Made by a program: the position numbers and the translations under genes
Shown: positions 18,467-26,621 of the stretch, one piece after another
Layout: each line of letters begins with the position of its first letter
How positions within the stretch are numbered: the first letter of the stretch is position 1
The notes under the pieces: model-generated
Seen by the model: the letters and a program-made list of their open reading frames with translations, nothing else
Databases searched by the model: none
What the model was told of the DNA's origin: nothing
Source of the DNA: Candidatus Harpocratesius repetitus
Lineage (GTDB): Archaea > Asgardarchaeota > Lokiarchaeia > Sigyniarchaeales > Promethearchaeaceae
DNA: 32,000 nt
Assembly (NCBI GenBank): GCA_021498095.1
Contig: JAIZWK010000001.1
Span: forward strand, 2,250,001-2,282,000
Reading direction: 5' to 3'

Positions 18467-18784
18467 CTATAATGGGATTTGACGTAAGTATTTTGTCGTG
18501 GTGCGTCGATTAATTATTGCCATGAACTCTGAGTTCTCAGCTCTAGTTGATAACTTTAATTGATCTAAAAATTGATCTAAATCAGTAAAGTTGTTGAAAT
18601 AACGTGTTTCACCTTGTACGGTGATTTTTACTCCTCGATGTTTTAGGTAGGCATAAATTCCGCCGATATTAACATCATGTTTCACATAACAATTTGGTTC
18701 TTCTCCATTTTTCTTGGGTACTGCCCAAAAATCTCTTTTAAGCAGATATTTACGATACATTGAACACATTTTTTTTTCACACAT
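18467..18784 (-). CDS. Hypothetical protein (about 97-105 aa)
   Basis: Open frame with globular-looking sequence. Start uncertain (three Met within the first 9 codons). Confidence 0.55.
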   Translation of the reverse strand: MCEKKMCSMYRKYLLKRDFWAVPKKNGEEPNCYVKHDVNIGGIYAYLKHRGVKITVQGETRYFNNFTDLDQFLDQLKLSTRAENSEFMAIINRRTTTKYLRQIPL

Positions 18785-19085
18785 CCTGGTTTTTTGTTAT
18801 TTATTTGGAAATATTCTTCAGTCAAGTGAAATGACTTAAGATTTTGCACAAGAATGTTCGTTGTGCGTGTGAGAAATATATGAGGCCACACATCCCCATA
18901 TTATCCCCAACTCATTAAATTTCGTTTGTTCTTATGAACCCACTTATTATCTGAATCACGTAGAGAAATGATGTTCATATCATCTCCATAGTGAGTTAAT
19001 AATATCAAAGGGAAAATCGTTATTTAAAGACCAAACCTAAAACTTTTGAATGAAACAAGAAAAAATTTTACAATCCAAATTTAAT

Positions 19086-19306
19086 GGCGACAAAATTCGA
19101 AAATATTTCATAGAAAAAAGTGAATTGAGATAATCATAAAAATTTTGTCGCCCGACTAAAATCATGCATAGATGTTATCCAGAGATTCCCCTCACCATCC
19201 TTTATTCTAAACTTCTTTAATATTTTTGTCGGACACTTGCTTATAATCCCGACATAAAATATCAAAACTAGGATCTGATATAAGAAATTAACATGGTCGA
19301 CAAAAA
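19086..19306. repeat. Cluster of six CGAC(A/T)(A/T)AAA-type motifs in both orientations, including a perfect 12-bp inverted repeat
   Basis: GGCGACAAAATT (19086-19097) and AATTTTGTCGCC (19141-19152). Further copies at 19153-19161, 19224-19231, 19250-19259 and 19298-19305. Confidence 0.6.
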
Positions 19307-19463
19307 CAAGAGTAATTTTGATAATCTGCTCTCCAGATAGTCCCCGCTTCGGGTTTGTTGAGATATTTTTCTCGCTTTTCTCCCCTGCTTCGGAATTTCT
19401 TCCGCCCAAATAGATGAAAAGAATTTTTTCTTTCTTTAAGTCGAGTCTTTGGGAAATTATGAA

Positions 19464-20918
19464 CTAGCTTTCAATTAATCTTAAAAAAAGCTCATTTTGA
19501 TGTAATCCATGAAAATCCTCATCATTTTTTGCTAATTTGCGAAATTTTGGATTTAAATTAACTGCTTTTTCTAAATACATTAAAACATCTTCAGGTAAAT
19601 GAAGACAAGCAGAAACACAAGCCAGATTATAATAGATTTCTCCCAAACGACGATTATATTTCGATAACTGGAAATTTTCTAAAGCTTTTAGAAAGAATTC
19701 CTGTGCTTTTTCATAATTCCCCTTTTTATGTTCAAATGTTGCTTTTTGTTCCCAAATTAGTGCTATTCCCAAAAAATCTGGGTGAGATGGATTTTGAGCT
19801 AAAGAAAAAGCAGTTTCTAAAAATTCATTTGCTTTTTTCAAATTCCCTTGTAATCGAGCAGCGCGTTCTTTTATTAAAAGAATTTCAAATTGGATATGGA
19901 ATTCATTATTGGCTTGGGCTAATTGTTCTGCTTCATTAAGATATGGAATAATCAGGTCTAAGTTGAATTCTATATCTGTTTTATGAAGGTTTAATTGTAT
20001 TTTTGCCATATGAAAAAGTTGACGTGAAAGTAAAACTTGATTTGGTGATTTTTGCCGTTCATTTGCTTCAATTGCATCTTCACAATATTGCTCCGCTAAA
20101 GAATAATTCCCTAAATAAAAATAAAATTCACTTATTTTGAGATAGAAAGTGCTTTGTTCTTTCAATTCTAAGGTTGGTTTAATTTCTTGAATAATTTTGA
20201 TAAAATCAGTAAGATATTTTCGAGCTTCTGAAAAATCATCATATTCCAAATAAATCTCAATTAATGGAGAAAGTAAATTTAAAACTATATGGAAATTCTT
20301 TAATTCATGTTCGCGTTTCAAAGCTTGCAGAAAATATCTCTCTGCTTGAATAAAATTTCCTAATTTAAAGAGTACATTAGCATAGTTTTCAAGGACAAAT
20401 AATTCTAATTGAGGATGAGAATTAGATTGTAAAAGATCGATTGCAAGTTTTAGATAAAATTCAGAAGATTTCAAATCTCCTTGAGCATAATAGATCTGAC
20501 TAATTAAATAGACAATTTCTGCATTTTTTATTGATATTTCAACTGATTCAAAGAGATCATATGCATTTAATGCATGAGATAATGCTTTATCATAAGATTT
20601 TAAATGCAAAAGACAGCGCGCCAAATTTTGATGGATTTCACCTTGAATTACTGGATTTTCTTGAAAAATTCTAAGGTCTGCTGCTTTTTGAAAGAATTTC
20701 AATGCATCCTGAAAGTTATTTTCAAATTCAGAAATTTTCGCCTTATATTCATATATTTCAGCTTCTTTAAAAATTGCTTGAGCTTTTTGATATCTTTCAA
20801 GTGCTAAATCAAGCCAATGTTTTGCTTCTGTGAATTTTTGATTTTGATATAATTTTTTCGCTTTATTAAATTGGGATTCTGCCTTTTTAAAATCATCTTT
20901 GGCTTGAATCGAGCTCAT
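19464..20918 (-). CDS. Tetratricopeptide repeat protein (484 aa)
   Basis: Repeated A/Y/L helical-pair pattern. C-terminal 'YYNLACVSA...YLEKAVNLNPKFRKLAKNDEDFHGL' is typical of TPR ends. Confidence 0.9.
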   Translation of the reverse strand: MSSIQAKDDFKKAESQFNKAKKLYQNQKFTEAKHWLDLALERYQKAQAIFKEAEIYEYKAKISEFENNFQDALKFFQKAADLRIFQENPVIQGEIHQNLARCLLHLKSYDKALSHALNAYDLFESVEISIKNAEIVYLISQIYYAQGDLKSSEFYLKLAIDLLQSNSHPQLELFVLENYANVLFKLGNFIQAERYFLQALKREHELKNFHIVLNLLSPLIEIYLEYDDFSEARKYLTDFIKIIQEIKPTLELKEQSTFYLKISEFYFYLGNYSLAEQYCEDAIEANERQKSPNQVLLSRQLFHMAKIQLNLHKTDIEFNLDLIIPYLNEAEQLAQANNEFHIQFEILLIKERAARLQGNLKKANEFLETAFSLAQNPSHPDFLGIALIWEQKATFEHKKGNYEKAQEFFLKALENFQLSKYNRRLGEIYYNLACVSACLHLPEDVLMYLEKAVNLNPKFRKLAKNDEDFHGLHQNELFLRLIES

Positions 20919-20963
20919 ATAAAGGAATTAATGCATCATCATAGAAAAATTTTCATTCTTTTA

Positions 20964-22220
20964 TTATCGGAAGATTACTTTTTCATCTTTAAGGAATACT
21001 TGTGAAATTAAATTTGAACGAAAATCGTCATTTTCAATGGGTGGTGTTAATTGAAAATATATTGTTCCGTTATATGAATTATCTAAAAAGTTCGCCAAAA
21101 ACTGAGGATTTTGTTGAAAAAAGGCAAATTCTGGGTCGGCATAAGTGAGAAAAAGTCTATCATGAGAAGCTCGTTTAAAATTTCCTTCAGATTGCCACGC
21201 TTCGTACCAAATTGATCCCCGAAAAAAAAGGAAAGATTTTAAATTTGAAGTAGATAGAGTGGATGGAGTAGAAGGAGTGGATGGAGTAGATGGAGTAGAT
21301 GGAGTAGAAGGAGTGGATGGAGTAGAAGGAGTGGATGGAGTAGATGGAGTAGATGATGTATTTGGAATATTTGAAGATGGCCAGTAGTTTTTCATAATTG
21401 AAATGAACTTTTTTAGTGAAATATGATAATCGAAGCGTATTTCAATCCAATTTTGTTGTTCTGCCTGAAAATCGTAATATTTCATAGGAATGTTGGGAAT
21501 TGGTAAATTTAACTGAGTTAGGGTGGAATCAAATTCTGGTTCCTTTTTATTATATGTCGTTTCTTCTTTGGAATTAAAAGGATCTGATTTATTTGTAATT
21601 TCTTGGTCATTAGGCTTATTTATCAATCGCGATTGAACGAACATTTTACAGAATGCCAAAAAAACTCCTTTTCCATAATATTCTGTACCAATACTATCAG
21701 GAAATTTATCAGGAAACCACAATTTAACACGTTTTTGGAAATCTTTTGAGGGACGACGTGATCTTTTTTTTTGTATATTACGTTTAGTTGTGAAATCGAT
21801 ATAATACTGGGAATATACAAATGAAAAACGGGGAAAGAGTAAAGATTGATATTTTTTAGTAAATTCTTTGATTGTTTTAATGGTTTCGCTGTTCATTTCA
21901 AATTTTTCATTGCATAAAATTTCCCATTGGATTTTTTTTGAGATTGAAAAGTTTTCATTGAGTTCTCCTAATATTTTATCCATTTCTTGAATTTTTGAAG
22001 CATTTGTTATCAATTTAATATTATATTGTTTAAAATCTGAATCAGAATTTAGATCTCTTCTGTGTTTTTGAAGAAAAAATAATAAATCATCTATGGAACG
22101 AAATATAACTCGCTCTATCTTAGCAACAGCATCAATCCAATTCTCTTCTATTTTTTCAATATTTGAAAATAGTGCCGAAGAACTCTTTTTGGAGAGATTT
22201 ACAAAGTGATATTGTTGCAT
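20964..22220 (-). CDS. Hypothetical protein (418 aa) containing an internal (Ser-Thr-Pro)10 tract
   Basis: Open frame co-oriented directly upstream of the TPR gene (45-bp gap). The repeat is in frame. Confidence 0.8.
   Translation of the reverse strand: MQQYHFVNLSKKSSSALFSNIEKIEENWIDAVAKIERVIFRSIDDLLFFLQKHRRDLNSDSDFKQYNIKLITNASKIQEMDKILGELNENFSISKKIQWEILCNEKFEMNSETIKTIKEFTKKYQSLLFPRFSFVYSQYYIDFTTKRNIQKKRSRRPSKDFQKRVKLWFPDKFPDSIGTEYYGKGVFLAFCKMFVQSRLINKPNDQEITNKSDPFNSKEETTYNKKEPEFDSTLTQLNLPIPNIPMKYYDFQAEQQNWIEIRFDYHISLKKFISIMKNYWPSSNIPNTSSTPSTPSTPSTPSTPSTPSTPSTPSTPSTPSTLSTSNLKSFLFFRGSIWYEAWQSEGNFKRASHDRLFLTYADPEFAFFQQNPQFLANFLDNSYNGTIYFQLTPPIENDDFRSNLISQVFLKDEKVIFR
21246..21353 (-). repeat. 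9-bp coding tandem repeat (TCTACTCCA / TCCACTCCT variants): 10 STP units plus 2 degenerate units
   Basis: Plus strand reads TGGAGTAGA or AGGAGTGGA x10 at 21264-21353, plus degenerate units at 21246-21263. Confidence 0.97.
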
Positions 22221-22388
22221 AAGTAAAATTCACGCGCCTAACATTTAAAGTCAAATATTTTTTTTGAGTTTTTTTATTTTAGTTCTATTATTTTAGTAAC
22301 TTAAAACATCCGCTTTTTTGTGAATTTGCTTTTCTTCCAATAAAAAATTAGTTAAATTAATTTAACTTGAAAAATTTGGATTGAAAAA

Positions 22389-23560
22389 ATGAAAATAGAA
22401 GAAAATTTAAAAAAAAATGAGAATTTGGGAAAAAAAAATGATTTAGAATTTCGTCCTGAATTTGATCCTTTTGCTCGTAGTCGTAATAAAGGGCCGATTT
22501 TCTGGATACTTCATCATATTTTCTTCAAAACTAATACAATTATTATATTTTCTTGGCTTAGTCTAGTTACTCTAATACAATTATTATATTTTCTTGGCTT
22601 AGTCTAGTTACTCTAATACAATTATTATATTTTCTTGGCTTAGTCTAGTTACTCTTTCTGCATATATGTTTCCCTACCCATATATCAATTTGGGCTTTTG
22701 CTATTGTTCGAAGAGCTTTTGCAGGCGCTGGGCGTTTACTCGGAATAATGAACCAAACTTCCGAAATTTCCGAGAAACAATCTCCAATCCATAGAGAAAT
22801 CGATGGAAATGTTACATTCAATAATGTCTCTTTTAGATATCCAGGAACTGAAGTTAATGTTCTTAATAATATTTCGTTTAAGGTTTCAGCAGGTCAAACT
22901 GTTGCAATTGTCGGAACTACAGGTTCTGGAAAAACCACTTTAACCAAATTAATCTCTCGATTGTATGATATTCATTCTGGACAAATTGAAATTGATGGAA
23001 TTGATATCAAAGATTACGCTTTTCATTCATTACGAGATCAAATCTCATATATTGAGCAAGATATTTTTCTATTTTCAAAAAATGTAATGGACAACATCTT
23101 GTTCGGTAGAGATGCTTCAGAAGATGCCGTCATTCAAGCCGCCAAAGATGCACAAGCTCATGATTTTATTATAAAATTACCTCAAGGTTATGAAACTTCT
23201 GTTGGTGAACGTGGGGTCCAATTAAGCGGGGGAGAACGACAGCGAATTGCAATCGCTCGTGCATTTCTCTCAAACCCGAAAATCCTTATTTTAGATGATT
23301 CTACTTCAGCAATAGATTCTGAAACGGAAGAAAAAATCCAAATCGCCATTTCTCGAATTTTAAAGGGAAGAACAACGTTTATAATTACTCATCGACTTTC
23401 TCAAATCCGTTGGGCAGATAAGATTTTAGTATTAGCAAATGGGAAAATCATAGCCCAAGGATCACATGAAGATTTACTTCGGACTTGTGAAGAATATCGG
23501 AAAATCTTTGTAACACGGTTTGATAAGACTCTTGAAGAACTCTTGGAGGTGCAGGCATAG
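22389..23560 (+). pseudogene. Disrupted ABC exporter subunit (TM287-like half transporter): N-terminal fragment, most of the TMD missing, intact NBD ORF at 22748-23560
   Basis: NBD has Walker A GTTGSGKT, LSGGERQR and degenerate Walker B ILILDDS. The NBD frame extends upstream as FPTHISIWAFAIVRRAFAGAGRLLGIM, matching the TMD end of the partner (FFPLFSVAAFWPQFQTGMAAAERIFAL). Only about 70 N-terminal residues precede it, out of frame, and they carry a 41-bp triplication. Confidence 0.8.
22531..22653 (+). repeat. Three perfect tandem copies of a 41-bp unit (CTAATACAATTATTATATTTTCTTGGCTTAGTCTAGTTACT)
   Basis: Copies at 22531-22571, 22572-22612 and 22613-22653, with no spacers. Confidence 0.97.
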
Positions 23561-25368
23561 TGGTCTATATGGGATTGGATGCGGAAGAATATGATAGGGT
23601 TTATTCCGATCGAGTCTTGTTTAAGCGTATCCTAGCATATTTCAAGCAACATTTAAAAAAAATGATTATTGTAATTATTTTCCTGGTACTTACTTCAATT
23701 ACTGCAGGAATTTTACCGTACTTAACGAGTTTGATTATTCATCAACTTGAATTCTCGACAAGTACCACTATTATTATCGGTTTGGTGATTGCTACTTTAT
23801 TATTTAACATAATTACATATCTATTCAATTACATAAACAAAACGCTTTCTGCAGTTATATTAAACAGTGTTACTTATCAATTACGGGCTGATGTAGAATC
23901 GAATGTGCTTATTCAAGACTTATCTTTTTTTGATAAATATCCTACAGGAAAAATTGTTAGCAGGATTAATTCCGACAGTCAAAATTTCTTTGAAATGGCT
24001 CAAATTTTTATCGATAGCATTTCTTCCTTCTTAGTCGTAATCATAATGTTAATTCCCATGTTCCTTATTGATGCAAAACTAACTTTGATATTTTTAGCCA
24101 TGGTTCCTGTTATTTTCTTGTTTACATTATCATTTAGAAAGGTAGCGCGCAAAAAAACACTTCAAGGTCAGCGAATTTTGGCAGTAGTCCACTCTTTCGT
24201 GCAAGAAACTATGAGTGGAATACAAATTGCTAAAACATTCCGTCAAGAATCGACATTGTATAAAGAATTTAAAGAAATCAATAAAAAATCCTTTAAAATT
24301 AATCTAAACCGCGCTTTATTTATGAATGTCATTTTTCCTGGTTTAAGTTTAATACAAGGGGTCATGCTTGGCTTAATTCTATATTTTGGTGGAGATACTG
24401 TTCTCCATAATCCAACACTATCAGTATCAACCCTTTATTTATTTATTCAAAGTTTGTGGGGGTTGTTTTTTCCACTTTTTTCAGTTGCTGCATTTTGGCC
24501 GCAATTTCAGACAGGAATGGCTGCTGCTGAACGAATATTTGCTTTAATTGACAGTAAACCTCAAGTAATACAAGAAGATTCGCAAAAAATCAATCGAATA
24601 CGCGGAAAAGTAGAAATAGATAATTTACAATTCTATTACAATCCAGAAAAACCTGTTTTCGATCATTTTTCACTAAAAATCTCTCCCGGCGAATCAGTTG
24701 CAATTGTAGGTCATACTGGAGCTGGTAAATCCAGTTTGGCTCGGATTCTCTTAAGATTCTATGAATTCCAAGCAGGAACAATTAATATTGATGGAAAAGA
24801 TATTCGAAAATTAGATCTGCAAGATTATCGTAAACAAGTAGGATTAATTCCACAAACACCATTTCTTTGGGCCGATACATTAGAGAATAATGTTAAGTAT
24901 GGTTCTCCTCAAGCAACTCGAGAAGAAGTTCTTTGGGCATTAGATCAAGCAGGTGGAAAAGATTGGGTTGAAAATCTCACAGATGGTATTGAAACAAATA
25001 TTAGAGAGAGAGGAAAACTACTCTCGATGGGGCAACGCCAATTAGTGGTTTTCGCGCGGGTTTTATTACAAGATCCTGCAATTCTAATATTAGATGAAGC
25101 AACCGCTTCAGTCGATCCATTTACAGAAACACGTATCCAAGAAGCTCTTGAAAAAATCATGGAAGGGCGCACTTCTATTATTATTGCTCATAGATTGCGC
25201 ACCGTTCGTCATGTGGATCGCATTGTTGTATTAGATCATGGAAAAATTGTTGAACAGGGAAATCATGATACACTAATGAAAAATAATGGTTATTATGCAC
25301 GATTGTACAATATGTATTTTAAGCATCAATCGTATGAGTTCATTAACGAAATTCATCAGCAATCTTGA
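23560..25368 (+). CDS. ABC exporter half transporter (TMD+NBD), TM288-like partner subunit
   Basis: Six-TM TMD, GHTGAGKS, degenerate signature LSMGQRQ, ILILDEATAS, IIAHRL. The GTG start overlaps the upstream TAG by 1 nt and has a GGAGGTG SD. Confidence 0.93.
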   Translation: MVYMGLDAEEYDRVYSDRVLFKRILAYFKQHLKKMIIVIIFLVLTSITAGILPYLTSLIIHQLEFSTSTTIIIGLVIATLLFNIITYLFNYINKTLSAVILNSVTYQLRADVESNVLIQDLSFFDKYPTGKIVSRINSDSQNFFEMAQIFIDSISSFLVVIIMLIPMFLIDAKLTLIFLAMVPVIFLFTLSFRKVARKKTLQGQRILAVVHSFVQETMSGIQIAKTFRQESTLYKEFKEINKKSFKINLNRALFMNVIFPGLSLIQGVMLGLILYFGGDTVLHNPTLSVSTLYLFIQSLWGLFFPLFSVAAFWPQFQTGMAAAERIFALIDSKPQVIQEDSQKINRIRGKVEIDNLQFYYNPEKPVFDHFSLKISPGESVAIVGHTGAGKSSLARILLRFYEFQAGTINIDGKDIRKLDLQDYRKQVGLIPQTPFLWADTLENNVKYGSPQATREEVLWALDQAGGKDWVENLTDGIETNIRERGKLLSMGQRQLVVFARVLLQDPAILILDEATASVDPFTETRIQEALEKIMEGRTSIIIAHRLRTVRHVDRIVVLDHGKIVEQGNHDTLMKNNGYYARLYNMYFKHQSYEFINEIHQQS

Positions 25369-25435
25369 TTTCCGTTAATTTTTCTATTAATTTTTCCATC
25401 AATTTTTCCATTAATTCATTCACACTCAATATCTA

Positions 25436-26347
25436 TTAAGGTATTATAAATCCTAAGATGATTATTACCATCGAAAGCAAAATTGCTGCAAGGATTTCAC
25501 CCCAAAAGCGAAATTTCTTTTTATTCCATTTTTTCCTTAACCATTTCTTCACTAAGAGATTTTCTTCTGTCTCCATTTCTTCTGTTTGCTTTTTGTTTAT
25601 TTCTTTTATTGTTTTACGGCTAAAATATGCCTTTAAGCTTTTCCAGTTTAAAATGACATGAAGAACGGATGCAATCAGCAAAAATATAGAAGAAATTGTA
25701 TGAAAGAGAAGAACAAGATTGTTTAACCCTTTTCCTGCTCCACCTCCTCCAAGTCCCTCTCCAGTTCCTCCTCCACCAATTCCTTTTCCTTGATATGTAC
25801 TAATTAGTAAGAGACTTGATACAATTGATGCAATCTCTTCACCTGCTCCTCCAGTATTTAGATGTGTAAAAAATCATAACAAACCAGAAAGAGCGGATAA
25901 TACAAATGAAATTAACAGTAAGGTGCTTACGATCTTGCGGTATAATTGTTTTTTCCTGGGATGGGAATAATAATTCGAAAATCTCTTCCAGTTCCAATAA
26001 AAATGTAATGATCCTATCAATGAAAAACTAATTCCAGAAACTTCATGGATATTTTTCCACTTAAGCTCTGAGATTCCAATAAATGTTTCATTAAACCAAT
26101 TTAACGAAATTGAGATTGTGGTTAATCCTTTACCGAATCCTAAAAGCACTACTCCGCTGAAAAGTGTAACAAATCCAATTATTGAAATTGTTATACTGGT
26201 AAAAATTCGCCAATTAAATTTATGTCTCTTTTTCTTTATTTGCTTACTATCGCTATACTCAAATGAAGATAATGAATTTTCGTTCGGGTTTTTGATAGTA
26301 GGAATGTTCTCTTGATTTATGTTCGTATGTTCATCCATATAATACAA
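25436..26347 (-). pseudogene. Tandem DUF4405-like His-containing membrane protein (303 codons) interrupted by a single in-frame TGA at 25874-25876
   Basis: ORFs 25874..26347 and 25436..25681 are in one frame. The sequence between them translates without stops (FFTHLNTGGAGEE...GKGIGGGGTGEGLGGGGAGKGLNNLVLLFHTISSIF). Two repeats of the H-x(n)-H-xxxNW membrane motif. Confidence 0.75.
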
Positions 26348-26621
26348 TCTCCAAGTTTAGTGAATTGTGTATAATTAAATCAAATAAAAATAAAATAAAA
26401 TGTCATAAGTATGCTTTTCTCCTGTTTTTTCTAAATTTCGATATTTAAGTTGAGGGAGATTTTAATGGAAACTTTGGTTTCCAATAAGGAAACTCTAGTT
26501 TCTCTGAAATTTACAATTAATTTTGGCTCAACCTATAAATATATGAATTACTATAATAATAAATAATAAGAAATTCGTTTATGATTTCTTTACACAGAGT
26601 AGGTAAGAGTGATTAAAAAAT

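Noticed and set aside
19134-19409. 91-aa minus-strand ORF
   Set aside because: TTG start, no recognisable features, and it overlaps the repeated-motif cluster. It is probably not a protein-coding gene.
22531-22653. 41-bp repeats as a CRISPR array
   Set aside because: The copies are head-to-tail with no spacers, lie inside a coding remnant, and have no cas genes nearby.
25370-25420. Degenerate 12-bp TTTTCCATTAAT-like repeats between convergent genes
   Set aside because: Low complexity and likely terminator-associated. No further structure seen.
25369-25876. Genome-wide TGA reassignment, or a SECIS downstream of the split gene
   Set aside because: TGA ends several clear genes (2108, 25368, 29153) and TGG is used normally. 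The downstream AUGA...AA...UGA-like text lacks a pairing stem.
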